Below are positions 54,208-64,000 of a stretch of 64,000 bases of DNA, piece by piece. This stretch comes from a phage: sequence record NC_129898.1. One strand, given 5' to 3'. The number at the start of each line of letters is the position of its first letter. The first letter of the stretch is position 1. Under the pieces are notes generated by a model that searched no databases, was not told where the DNA came from, and saw only the letters and a list, made by a program, of their open reading frames with translations. A program made the position numbers and the translations under genes.

Positions 54208-57200
54208 ATGGCTGATATTAAAGTTGTCAGAATTGAATCTCTTCCTGCCACTACCGCAGTGGCAGAGGATGATTACCTGGTTGTTCAACAACCAGACCTG
54301 ACCCGTCGTGTAAAAATTGGCGATGTTGTCCATATAGATGGGACTGTTTCTCATGTAATCTCCTTTAAGGAAGGTGGTAAGTTAAACGGCCCAATGGATT
54401 TTGCCTACTTCGAAGAGGAAGACCTCTACCTGCGTTGGAAAGGCGAATTTCCGCACACTGTTCCTGCACTGTCTTCACCGTACGCCGATGGTGGGATTAC
54501 CGATGCTGCATGGATGGTATATACAGACCCGTCCTTAAGAGAGGAGCTGGAGTCTACCATTGGCGCATCTATGATCATGACAGCCGAGGGGCAGTCTGTA
54601 CAGGATGTAATGGATGTTACTGTTCAGACAGCCAACGATGCCAAAGCACTTGCACAGCGGGTAGATTTTGGTACGGTGCATACTGTAGGCGATGTCATTC
54701 ACCTTGTCAACTTTGTTGGTCCTGCAGTTATTGAAGAGGGAAGAACTACTAACTACCCTTCTGAAGCAGCTGGTGAAAAATTTCTGAACGGTGTGGTATC
54801 TCGTCGTGATACTACAACTGTTGATGGTATTTTCCGTGGCGCTACCTCCGGAGCCATGTATACCATTGCAGTAACCAACGGTGTAGCAACAACAAAAAGA
54901 ATAGCACTTCGTGATGAATTTAAACGCCTGGAGGCAAACAATCCAACAAGAACAGTTATCCGTGCTGGAGATGATTTAAACACGGCAGGGTACTTGCAGC
55001 TTGATGCAACAGGCCGTTGGGGTATGTGGAACCAGCAAACAGCCTCGTGGCAACCTCTTGCTATAGAGCAAGGCGGTACAGGAGCCAGAGATGCCGCTGG
55101 AGTCCGTATCAATATCGGTGCTTTCTATAAGCAACGTGCAGCCCTTGAGGCAAATTTCAATATCAATAACTTAACTGGTAATCAGGACGGCATATACTAC
55201 CAGCCAATGACTGCTAATGCAACTGAGGAAAATGGTTATCCTGCAGGTTCTGGTGCTGGTCACTTGATTGTTTGGCAGAACAATGCTAACGGTGGCACAG
55301 GCTGTCGTCAGGAATACTATCCATTCTCTAACGTGGATGTTTGGTATTTGAGAACCTATCAGGCCAACACAAACCAATGGACTGCATGGCAGCCGATGGT
55401 CAGACCTCGGAATGATGACACCTTCAGATCTCATATCGGCCTTGGTAAAAACAACTCACCTGCTTTCGGGCACCTTTACTTAGCTCAGTACTCAGGAGAT
55501 GTTAAATCTGCCTCAGGTATTCTCCATGGAGATAAATATAACACTGATGGTGTTCTTGAGCATGGTTATAGGATCTACTCAGAGGTAAGAAACGACAATA
55601 AGGCTTGGTTAACAATCCACCTGCACAAAGGTGCAAAAGGATCTGAAACTCATCGGTATTTGGGTTTCCGCGAAGATGGTGTATTAGACTGTCCTAAATA
55701 CATGCAGGTTGGGGATCTTACTGGTCAGCTGACAAACTGGGGACTTGGAGAATGGATTCGTAGTTCAGGGGCAGAAAGAGGGTTCTGGGGTTCCAAGAAA
55801 GCCGCTAAGATGGTCGTCTGGGATGGCGGTATGGATGAATCTGGTAATGGTACTCTAGAATGGGGTGTTTATAACAACCGGAAGGCCAAGTGGGAACCTT
55901 TACCTCAAGCCGCAGGTGGCACTGGGGCTACAACCCTGGCAGATGCTCAGAATCTGTTCAAAGTTCCTATAGCTGCGGGTGTCAAAGATTTCTTAACACT
56001 GCCAAGAACTGCAGGGATGGAAGATGGGAAATACTACCCAATCATCGTTAGAACAGATCCGTATTATGCTCCAGCAACTGGCACTGATATTACCCTAGTC
56101 ACCAGATCGTCATCTGGCGGTGACCCTATGAACTGCGCCACCTTACAGTGTCACTATAGAACTGGCGGTTGGACAGATAGAGGGGACTCTTTCTACGGGG
56201 TAGTGAATTTCTATCAAAATGAAAAAGCACTTCTTGGGATGGTTGCTCCAACAAGGGGTAAACAAGAGTATGTTGCTTTCTATGCAGAGGCTCGTGCTTT
56301 CCCTGTCAGCATATACGCAAGCAGAAATGTTGTCGAAGTGTTTACCAGAGAGCAAGATTATCAAGTCGGCTCTGTAACAAACAATCAGGACGGTGTTAAG
56401 TTCGTTGCACCTCTCCAGTCAGCAGATTTAAATCTGGCTGTTCTCGGAGATAACAATACCAACACCAGACCTATTGTTGACTTCAAAGGTACCTCTGGGT
56501 TCTACACTGGCGGCGGCACACAGTGGCACTATATAGGCACTGCTGAACGCTATGCGGTGATGAGCAAAATGAACATGCCTAAAGTCGAACTATGGGCTGA
56601 CGGTATTGACTATTTGTGCTACGGCAGTCCTAGAAAGGCGTTATTCTCTAACGCAGGATTCCAGTGTGCATCAGATGGGACAGATGATCTTACTAACGGT
56701 ACGTTTACCTCTAAATGTGGTAATGGTGCTGGCCTCCAAGGTCAAGCAGAGTTCAGGTCTACTCCAGAAGCTGGTCAAGTTATTGTTCGTGATGTTGTAG
56801 GTTCCGCTCACAGATTCTACAATTTCAACAAAGACGGTACTTTCTCGGCCCCTGGTGGTTTTGTATGCCACACAGGTGCAGACTGGAACAACCAGTTCGG
56901 AAATAATAATCCGTCCAAAATACTGGCTGGCAACGTCAACGGGCCTGAAGGTTCAATGGTTGTTGGCGGGTTGTCTGTGGCGTTTTCTGGAAACTATGCT
57001 TTCCAGATGGCAGGTCGTTTAGATCAGCTGTACACCCGTTCCATAGAGCAGGGTAACCACAGAGCGTGGAACAAAGTTATTCAGCACCGTGGTCAAGGGT
57101 TGGGGACTAGCGACCTTAACGATTACAAAGCGGATCGCGAAGGTATCTACCATCAAGAGGCAAATGCCAACGCCACAGCGGAAAGACACTACCCACCAGG

Positions 57201-58647
57201 ACAGCAGATGGCTGGTACGCTGATCGTGCTTAGAAACTCTGCCAACGAGGGTACAGGGTGTGTCCAGATATATAAAATGTATCTTGGAGGAACGTGGGAA
57301 AGGTACTATAATAACACTGGCAGCGGAATGAACTGGAGCCCTTGGAAGAGAACGAGCTTCCCAGAAAGTACAACTGCCCCAGTCATGCCTGACCTGTGGT
57401 TGCCTTTAACCTCTAATCTAAAACCTGTACTAGGTGAAGGTGAGATGGTGTTCTCCAGACCTTCTACAGCAACATATTTCACTAAGCGCGGTGTCATGGC
57501 TGTTGCACAGGCAAACCAACCACGTTTCGAAAGAGATGGTCTGCTCATTGAAGGTCAAAGGACAAATCTGATGCTTAATAGTGAGGACCCGAGCAAGTGG
57601 GGGGCAAGTCAACAGATCACTGTTGGCAACACTGTAACAAACACTAACGGAACAAAAGGTGCAAGATTTACAGTAAACACCATATCCGGTGTAGAAACAA
57701 CGGCGTTAAACCTGGCTACAGTTCCAGCCACTCGGGGTGCAGATGTGACAGGTGATGAGAAATTTTGTACTGGATCTATTATTGCAAGAGGTGGTAAAGC
57801 TCACCAGAGACTGCGTGTAAGATTCGACATGTATAACGGATCCACCACAGTATTCCAGGGTGATGCCTATGTTAACCTGTCAACACTTGAAGTTAAAACA
57901 ACAGGTGGTGCAGCTGGGAGAATTAAAGTAAAAGCTGAGAGATGGCAAACAGCCGGACCTGCTTGGATAAGGGTTGTTGCTACGTTTGAGGCAGCGGCCT
58001 CTGACATGAATATTGGGTGCCAGTTCCAGATTTCACCACCGGAGGGTTCTCAACATGCCGTAGGGGATTGGATTGACGTCGCAATACCTCAGTTTGAGTT
58101 AGGATCTTGTGAGTCCTCGTTTATCCCTACAGGGTCTTCACCAGTGACTAGGGCAGCAGACCTTTGTAAATTCCCAATGACTGATAATTTAGCACCTAGA
58201 CCGTTCACCATCGCCGCTACGGTGGATGCCAACTGGAGAGGTTGGGGAAAAGCTCCTAACGCAGCTCCTAGGGTTATTGATACAGAGCTCCATCAATCCG
58301 GTGCTGCATTTATCATGGGTTTTGGCTCTTCAGCAAATATTGCAGATGATGGTTACCCATATTGCGATATTGGCGGTTCAAACAGACGTGTCTATGAGAT
58401 GGCTAAAACACGTAAATTGAAGATTGGGTTCAGGATAAAAGATGACGGTAAAACCTGCTCTTTTGCTAACGGATTGGTAAGTACGGAAACGCAATCTTCT
58501 TGGGAATTCCTGGCAGGAGGCGCTTTCATCCGTATCGGTGGGCAAACCGCAACTGGTGAAAGACATTTGTTTGGTCATATCAAGGATATAAGGGTTTGGA
58601 ACTCTGCACTGACCGACACCCAGCTTATGATGGAGAGTGTTGAATAA
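54208..58647 (+). CDS. large tail fibre protein
   Basis: 1479 aa; N-terminal anchor domain shared with 50905-51573; two paralogous internal modules. Confidence 0.7.
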   Translation: MADIKVVRIESLPATTAVAEDDYLVVQQPDLTRRVKIGDVVHIDGTVSHVISFKEGGKLNGPMDFAYFEEEDLYLRWKGEFPHTVPALSSPYADGGITDAAWMVYTDPSLREELESTIGASMIMTAEGQSVQDVMDVTVQTANDAKALAQRVDFGTVHTVGDVIHLVNFVGPAVIEEGRTTNYPSEAAGEKFLNGVVSRRDTTTVDGIFRGATSGAMYTIAVTNGVATTKRIALRDEFKRLEANNPTRTVIRAGDDLNTAGYLQLDATGRWGMWNQQTASWQPLAIEQGGTGARDAAGVRINIGAFYKQRAALEANFNINNLTGNQDGIYYQPMTANATEENGYPAGSGAGHLIVWQNNANGGTGCRQEYYPFSNVDVWYLRTYQANTNQWTAWQPMVRPRNDDTFRSHIGLGKNNSPAFGHLYLAQYSGDVKSASGILHGDKYNTDGVLEHGYRIYSEVRNDNKAWLTIHLHKGAKGSETHRYLGFREDGVLDCPKYMQVGDLTGQLTNWGLGEWIRSSGAERGFWGSKKAAKMVVWDGGMDESGNGTLEWGVYNNRKAKWEPLPQAAGGTGATTLADAQNLFKVPIAAGVKDFLTLPRTAGMEDGKYYPIIVRTDPYYAPATGTDITLVTRSSSGGDPMNCATLQCHYRTGGWTDRGDSFYGVVNFYQNEKALLGMVAPTRGKQEYVAFYAEARAFPVSIYASRNVVEVFTREQDYQVGSVTNNQDGVKFVAPLQSADLNLAVLGDNNTNTRPIVDFKGTSGFYTGGGTQWHYIGTAERYAVMSKMNMPKVELWADGIDYLCYGSPRKALFSNAGFQCASDGTDDLTNGTFTSKCGNGAGLQGQAEFRSTPEAGQVIVRDVVGSAHRFYNFNKDGTFSAPGGFVCHTGADWNNQFGNNNPSKILAGNVNGPEGSMVVGGLSVAFSGNYAFQMAGRLDQLYTRSIEQGNHRAWNKVIQHRGQGLGTSDLNDYKADREGIYHQEANANATAERHYPPGQQMAGTLIVLRNSANEGTGCVQIYKMYLGGTWERYYNNTGSGMNWSPWKRTSFPESTTAPVMPDLWLPLTSNLKPVLGEGEMVFSRPSTATYFTKRGVMAVAQANQPRFERDGLLIEGQRTNLMLNSEDPSKWGASQQITVGNTVTNTNGTKGARFTVNTISGVETTALNLATVPATRGADVTGDEKFCTGSIIARGGKAHQRLRVRFDMYNGSTTVFQGDAYVNLSTLEVKTTGGAAGRIKVKAERWQTAGPAWIRVVATFEAAASDMNIGCQFQISPPEGSQHAVGDWIDVAIPQFELGSCESSFIPTGSSPVTRAADLCKFPMTDNLAPRPFTIAATVDANWRGWGKAPNAAPRVIDTELHQSGAAFIMGFGSSANIADDGYPYCDIGGSNRRVYEMAKTRKLKIGFRIKDDGKTCSFANGLVSTETQSSWEFLAGGAFIRIGGQTATGERHLFGHIKDIRVWNSALTDTQLMMESVE

Positions 58648-58979
58648 TGAATACTTTTACCCTTTGGTTCACTGGCAGGGAGGATTTTAACGGTTTCATG
58701 GACGAAATCGGCTTTTACGAGAACGAGGTGTTGCAAAACACCCTTCTTGTAGAGGTTGTCGGGTTCATTTACACAGAAACTGAAGACACTTATGAGGCCG
58801 AGGACGAGTTTGGCAACATGGTTGTCTACCCAGTTTGCGAGAAAAGTAAATTGTTTTATGTCAACGTTCTGGCTCTGGACGAGGATGCAGAAAACATCGT
58901 CTCGAAAAGCGGAAAAGTTGTAGATCCGATAAGGTTGAACATGTTCGACCAATCAGTATCTACCTTGGAAGCACTTTAA
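58647..58979 (+). CDS. putative tail fibre assembly/chaperone protein
   Basis: 110-aa acidic ORF overlapping the fibre stop (ATGA). Confidence 0.4.
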   Translation: MNTFTLWFTGREDFNGFMDEIGFYENEVLQNTLLVEVVGFIYTETEDTYEAEDEFGNMVVYPVCEKSKLFYVNVLALDEDAENIVSKSGKVVDPIRLNMFDQSVSTLEAL

Positions 58980-58985
58980 AGTATT

Positions 58986-59014
58986 GCCCTCGCTTCGGCG
59001 GGGGCTTTTTGTTT
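58986..59014 (+). terminator. rho-independent terminator
   Basis: GCCCTCGC-ttcg-GCGGGGGC hairpin followed by TTTTTGTTTG. Confidence 0.6.
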
Positions 59015-59076
59015 GTATTGCGTATTAACTTAAAATCTGGTAAAATAACTACCATAATTGTTAACCGGGAGGCACA

Positions 59077-59667
59077 ATGTTTTTATGGGAAAGGCCTAGA
59101 TACCTTCCAGACATTAGACTGGAGCTACTGGCAGACATCGTTACATTTAAAAGCCCGTTTACAGGTAAGACGCAAAAAGTCACCTATGCCACGCCTAACT
59201 GGAAGGGCACTTTGACGGTTTCCAATATCAGCGAGTCTCAGTTGTTGGAGCTTAAAAGTTTTGTTGATCAGGTTTACAAAGATGGAAATATTTTTCTTAT
59301 CAAGGCTTATGGGCATTCAGTTACCTCCAACGAGCCAATCGCTCTTGGACCAACCGGTAACGACGATTTTTTGAAGACGGTTGGTTGGGAGCCTAACAGG
59401 GATATAGCCAGAGCTGGGGATAAAATATCTGTCAATGATGAGTTGAAAGTGGTGACAGCCTCAGTACGAAGTGATGGTGTTGGGGCCGCTGTTATAAACA
59501 TATCTCCAAGACTTAGGAAACCTATTGCCGCAGGGGATACCATGAAGATAATAACTCAATCTCCGAAGGGTAGATTTCATATCAGGGATCTTTATAAAAT
59601 TAAGCAAAAGGTTGATGCTATGCAGAAAGGTGACAATATAGTTATCAACTTCTTTGAGGATTTCTAA
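59077..59667 (+). CDS. minor tail protein
   Basis: 196-aa ORF with GGGAGG RBS. Confidence 0.45.
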   Translation: MFLWERPRYLPDIRLELLADIVTFKSPFTGKTQKVTYATPNWKGTLTVSNISESQLLELKSFVDQVYKDGNIFLIKAYGHSVTSNEPIALGPTGNDDFLKTVGWEPNRDIARAGDKISVNDELKVVTASVRSDGVGAAVINISPRLRKPIAAGDTMKIITQSPKGRFHIRDLYKIKQKVDAMQKGDNIVINFFEDF

Positions 59668-60220
59668 GATGATAAGAGCGCCATTAGATAATTTATTTCT
59701 TGAAAAGCTAGAGCTTGATGGTGTTGAGATCTTAATTGCTGCAAAGCTAGAGCTGCCAACAGGGACTGTCAGGGTGTGCTCAGGAACTGGTGTTGTGGTG
59801 ATTGAGGGGCAACATTTTATAGGGATAGGTGGATCAGCAACATTGACTGCTGTGTCTGAGAAAGATGCCACCAACTTCGGATCTGTGGTAGCAACATTGA
59901 ACGGGTTTGATCCTAAATATGTTGGCGATCTACTGAAGACGGAGTACTCTGGTTGCCGTGCCACGTTATATATCACCGCTATGGAGAATGGTTTACCTGT
60001 CACAACTAATGGCTTGTTTGACGGCCTTATAACAGACATGGCTATTCAGACAGGGGAGAATAGTGCTCTGTCCATATCCATCTCTTCCATCTTCAACAGC
60101 TGGTTAAGAGGTTTTCCTTATCGATACACAGAGGAAAGCCATAGTTCAAGAAACGATAATGACAGATTTTTTAAATATGTAGATCAGGTGGCGAGCCGCC
60201 CGATCATTTGGGAGGTTTAA
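59654..60220 (+). CDS. minor tail protein
   Basis: 188-aa ORF overlapping its neighbours. Confidence 0.45.
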   Translation: MRISKMIRAPLDNLFLEKLELDGVEILIAAKLELPTGTVRVCSGTGVVVIEGQHFIGIGGSATLTAVSEKDATNFGSVVATLNGFDPKYVGDLLKTEYSGCRATLYITAMENGLPVTTNGLFDGLITDMAIQTGENSALSISISSIFNSWLRGFPYRYTEESHSSRNDNDRFFKYVDQVASRPIIWEV

Positions 60221-60645
60221 TGAGCACACATCCTCGTTTAGTAGACTGGCAAGAAAGGTTGTGGAAAGTATTTGACGAAGAAGCCACCGTCCCGTTTGAA
60301 TGGGGATTCCACGATTGTTGCACTTTTGCTGCTAAGTGTGTTGATGCCCAATACGGAACAGATTTTCTTTCTAACTTTGAAGGAACGTATAAAACAGAGT
60401 TGGAAAGCAAGAGATGGTGCATGCTTCGTTTCAAAACCACACACCTGCCTACTGTTTTTGATCTCTTTTTGACTCGACTGGATACTCCTAAACAGGTCCA
60501 GCGTGGTGATATTGTTATTTTCGAAGGTCTGAACGGCCTCACCGCTGGTGTGTTTTGGAACAACCTGATTTGGGCGAAAGGTGATAAAGGGATCTTTACG
60601 TTCGATATGAAAGATTCTATCGTTGTTGATGTCTGGAGGTATTAA
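60208..60645 (+). CDS. minor tail protein, possible NlpC/P60-like peptidase fold
   Basis: 'GFHDCCTF' Cys-containing motif with downstream His; weak. Confidence 0.35.
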   Translation: MGGLMSTHPRLVDWQERLWKVFDEEATVPFEWGFHDCCTFAAKCVDAQYGTDFLSNFEGTYKTELESKRWCMLRFKTTHLPTVFDLFLTRLDTPKQVQRGDIVIFEGLNGLTAGVFWNNLIWAKGDKGIFTFDMKDSIVVDVWRY

Positions 60646-63600
60646 TGCCAATTGCAATGATTGATAACATCGTTGCTTCTGCAAGATCTTCAAGTTATGA
60701 CTGGAACGCATCCAAGGCAGCTCTGGCTGACAGCCTGAACACTGTTACCACCAGAACTCTGGATAAGATTTTCGAGGGCAACAAATCTTACAGAAGTCAG
60801 CAAGATAGACAAAAGCTTCTCAGATCTTCTGCTGCACCTTGCTCTGTAGTATATGGAAAGACACGCACATCTGGATTGCTTGCGTTTTTGGAGCAGGACA
60901 GGGACAGAACCCTTCATTGTGCTATTGTTCTTGCTAATCATCCCTTGGAAGGCATAGAAGATATACTTATCGACGGTAATCCTATTTCTTCGTATGGCGA
61001 TTTGGTATCGTGGGAGTTACATAACGACAGGAAAACCTCTGATCCTTTCATGGGCACACACTGCCCTTCATGGTCACCAGACATGATAGGCAGAGGGATC
61101 AGTTGGCTACGTGCCAGCTTCAAGTTTGACCCCAACAAGTTTCCTTTTGGGTTGCCAAACGTTACACTCGTCAAGGTTGGTAAAAAATGTTATGATCCTC
61201 GTATCAGTAAGGAGGTGTATACCAATAACGCTGCCTTGGTGATTCTGGACTACCTAAGAACGTACCTCAAATGTCCCGACGAAACTATCAACTGGGAGTC
61301 CTTCAAGGAAGCTGCCAACATATGTGACGAAGCTGTAAGAAACGCAGACGGAACCAGTGAGCGTCGTTACACCATTAATGGTGAGTTTGACATGGATGAA
61401 GCACCAGCAAGTATTATGGCAGAAATGCTGAAAGCTTGTGGTGCAGATCTTAGCTATGTAGCTGGTAAATATGGTCTGCTGGTAGGTGCATACTATGGCC
61501 CGGCAACAATGACACTGAGTGAGGACTGTGTTTGCGGTGAGGTTAAGATCTATCCGGAAGCCTCCTTCGATAAAAGATCGAACACAATAACTGGCAGATT
61601 CACCAGTCCAACCAAAGGGTATTCTGAAACAGACTTCCCATCGGTGTTCGTACCTGAGTGGGTAGAGAAGGATGGAGAAAGAAAGATAATTGATATAGAT
61701 TATCGTTTTGTTACCAGTCCTTATCAAGCTCAGCGTGTTTCCGCAATATTCTTAAGACGTGCCAGAGCTGGCAGGATTATTGAAGTAACCTGCAATATGC
61801 GGGGTTTTAAATTTAAGCCTGGGCGTTACGTTACGATGGACCTTCCAAGTATTGGTATAGTGGGCCAAGAAATGAGGGTTCTTGAATGGGAGTTCACCAA
61901 AAAGGGCGGTGTCAAGGTAAAACTCCGTCAAGATGCTAAAGAGTGGAATGATGCCACAGGGCAACTTCCAGACTCTGGAGATGTAAATATTCCGATATCT
62001 CCATCTGGTGTAGCTCAACCGCAAAACTTCAGATACTCTGTTCTTCAAGCCGGGGAAGTAACTCACGGTGTTTTGGCTTGGGACAACGTTGGGACTTATG
62101 CTCAAAACATTGTGCAGGTAAGAAAGAACGGAGAGATTATTTGGACAGCACAAACAGTCGAGCAGTTTGTCCGCGTAGAGGGATTGACCAAAGGGTCATA
62201 CACAGCAACCGTGGTTGCAACATCTTATAAAGGTGGTGTATCTCCAGAAGCGTACTGCGAGTTTAACATTCAGGCACCTGAAGCCCCGGTTTCTGTAGAA
62301 GTTAAGCAGGGATACTTTGCTATCACCCTGATTCCGCACAGCAGGGACTTAGCAAGTGTAAGCACCCAGTATGACTTTTGGACATCTGGTATGACAAGGT
62401 TGCCGGACACAAGTGATGCAACCGTTACTTCAAAAGCCACCCGCATGGGTGTTGGTTCAACTTGGACATCTGAAGGTCTGCAGAACGATAAGATTTATTA
62501 TTGGTATATTCGAACCACAAATGCTTTTGGTAGTTCTCAGTTTGTAGAGTGTGCTGCACGCTGCTATACCTCCATTGAAGATTTGATGCCTCAGATAGAT
62601 GCTGAATTTAAAAAGACAGAAACTTATAAAGAGTTGATGAGCACTTTAGATTCCTCTATTGAAGAGGTTGAAAATCGTGTCACAGAACTTAACAAGTACA
62701 TGGACGGAAGGGTAGATGAGGCATTCCAACAACTTGGGGATAGGATAGGTGCTGTAGTTACAGAGACAACTCAGAAGTTTGAGGATGTCAATGGCAATAT
62801 CACAGCGCTGGATAAGAAACTTGTTGCTGCACAGAACAAGTTCACCAACGATCTGAACACTGAAAGTGGAAGACTGGCATCCCTGATTGAGACAACCAAT
62901 AAAGCAACCACTGATCTTCTGAACAAAAAGACAGAGGCTTTAGATGAGAAATTGGTTGCAGCCAAAGGGGAGTTGGTAGAACAAATAGGTGGAGTGGAGA
63001 GCGGATACCTTGCCGGAGATAAAACTCTGGATGGCAAGATCAATACCCAGAGAACAGAACTTGACGCAAGCATCTTGAGCACCAATAAGGCGACAGTGGA
63101 TCTTCTTAACAGGACCTCTGAAACTCTGGATCAAAAGATCAGTCAGACAAACGCGACGGTATCTAAGAACTATACCACCCTTGACGGTAAGATAACTACC
63201 GCAAAAACTGATCTCAATACCTTGATTGCCAATACCAACAAGGCCACCACAGATTTGTTGAATCAGAAAACCTCCGCACTGTCGGAGCAGATAACTTCTG
63301 CACGTGGGGAGATTTCTACCAACAAACAGGCGATTGCGGATTTGGATGGTAAGCTGACCTCCACAAAAACAGTACTGGACGCTACAATCTCCGATACCAA
63401 CAAAGCAACTGTGGATCTTATTAACGGCACAGCGTCAGCTATTCGTCAAGAACTTGCTGTTGCTAAGCAGGAGATCATTGATGATGTTGGGGATGTATCA
63501 GAGCTAAGAGCTGCAGTGGCTACAACATCTAAGGCTGTGACCGACTTAGAGGGCAAAGTAAATGCTCAATGGGGCACAAAAATACAGGTAGACTCCGCAG

Positions 63601-64000
63601 GGAATAAGTATGTGGCAGGTATCCAATTGGGAATGGAAGGTTCTGGAGGCCAAGTTCAATCATACTTCATGGTTAGTGCAAACAACTTTGCGGTATACAA
63701 CCCTGGGAATGGAACAGCAACCCTTGCTTTCGCAATTAAGAACAACCAAGCGTTCTTGAAAGATGCCTTTATAGAGAACGGGACGATCTCTTCTGCCAAG
63801 ATTGCACAAGAAATTTCGTCTAACAACTACGATGGCAACGGGTACCATAAATACGGTTGGTATATTAACAAGAACGGGCACGCCCAGTTTATGGATGTGT
63901 GGGTGAAAGGTAACATCAACGCTAGTGCAGGTAACTTCACAGGGGCAGTTAACGCCACCAGTGGTACCTTCCGTGGGGATGTTTATGCCAATAATGGTAG
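60645..64000 (+). CDS. large tail fibre/host-specificity protein with FN3-like domain and C-terminal periodic repeats (3' end beyond window)
   Basis: ATG at 60645 overlapping the upstream stop; frame read through to the window end without a stop (hand translation); FN3-like segment; repeated TNKATTDLLN..K..L units. Confidence 0.65.
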   Translation, partial: MPIAMIDNIVASARSSSYDWNASKAALADSLNTVTTRTLDKIFEGNKSYRSQQDRQKLLRSSAAPCSVVYGKTRTSGLLAFLEQDRDRTLHCAIVLANHPLEGIEDILIDGNPISSYGDLVSWELHNDRKTSDPFMGTHCPSWSPDMIGRGISWLRASFKFDPNKFPFGLPNVTLVKVGKKCYDPRISKEVYTNNAALVILDYLRTYLKCPDETINWESFKEAANICDEAVRNADGTSERRYTINGEFDMDEAPASIMAEMLKACGADLSYVAGKYGLLVGAYYGPATMTLSEDCVCGEVKIYPEASFDKRSNTITGRFTSPTKGYSETDFPSVFVPEWVEKDGERKIIDIDYRFVTSPYQAQRVSAIFLRRARAGRIIEVTCNMRGFKFKPGRYVTMDLPSIGIVGQEMRVLEWEFTKKGGVKVKLRQDAKEWNDATGQLPDSGDVNIPISPSGVAQPQNFRYSVLQAGEVTHGVLAWDNVGTYAQNIVQVRKNGEIIWTAQTVEQFVRVEGLTKGSYTATVVATSYKGGVSPEAYCEFNIQAPEAPVSVEVKQGYFAITLIPHSRDLASVSTQYDFWTSGMTRLPDTSDATVTSKATRMGVGSTWTSEGLQNDKIYYWYIRTTNAFGSSQFVECAARCYTSIEDLMPQIDAEFKKTETYKELMSTLDSSIEEVENRVTELNKYMDGRVDEAFQQLGDRIGAVVTETTQKFEDVNGNITALDKKLVAAQNKFTNDLNTESGRLASLIETTNKATTDLLNKKTEALDEKLVAAKGELVEQIGGVESGYLAGDKTLDGKINTQRTELDASILSTNKATVDLLNRTSETLDQKISQTNATVSKNYTTLDGKITTAKTDLNTLIANTNKATTDLLNQKTSALSEQITSARGEISTNKQAIADLDGKLTSTKTVLDATISDTNKATVDLINGTASAIRQELAVAKQEIIDDVGDVSELRAAVATTSKAVTDLEGKVNAQWGTKIQVDSAGNKYVAGIQLGMEGSGGQVQSYFMVSANNFAVYNPGNGTATLAFAIKNNQAFLKDAFIENGTISSAKIAQEISSNNYDGNGYHKYGWYINKNGHAQFMDVWVKGNINASAGNFTGAVNATSGTFRGDVYANNG

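Noticed and set aside
59461-62153. Minus-strand ORFs of 133-192 aa inside the minor tail and large fibre genes (59461-60039, 61254-61727, 61752-62153)
   Set aside because: Antisense to continuous, well-packed plus-strand genes; no independent support.
1-64000. Integrase, attachment site or other prophage boundary; toxin-antitoxin or restriction-modification pairs
   Set aside because: No tyrosine or serine recombinase motifs were seen, the tRNAs lie inside a phage tRNA cluster rather than at an island edge, and both methyltransferases are orphans.

Overview
This window reads as a contiguous piece of a large virulent tailed-phage genome (host probably an enterobacterium or related Gammaproteobacterium, judged from sigma70-like promoters and codon use). 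Positions 1-26611 are a leftward (minus-strand) early/nucleotide-metabolism block: two orphan DNA methyltransferases, ClpP/S49-like protease, PhoH, NrdG, NrdD (interrupted by a group I intron carrying an HNH endonuclease), glutaredoxin, NrdB, NrdA, ThyX, HAD nucleotidase, dNMP kinase, DnaQ-like exonuclease, endonuclease VII, RuvC-like resolvase, FEN 5'-3' exonuclease, lambda R-type endolysin, DNA ligase, MazG-like protein, Sir2 and an Rnl1-like RNA ligase. A divergent control region at 26612-26711 starts the rightward block: polynucleotide kinase, metallophosphoesterase, a winged-helix protein, a non-coding island (four palindromic iterons, an AT-rich stretch and two GC-rich structured regions), seven tRNA genes, a spanin pair, terminase large subunit, portal, scaffold, lambda E-like capsid, tail proteins, a chaperone pair with a -1 frameshift site, tape measure, baseplate proteins and several large fibre/tailspike genes. 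No integrase, CRISPR array or prophage boundary was seen. All calls rest on motif reading and gene context by eye; no database search or folding was run. The most promising unexplained part is the non-coding island at 28083-30187.
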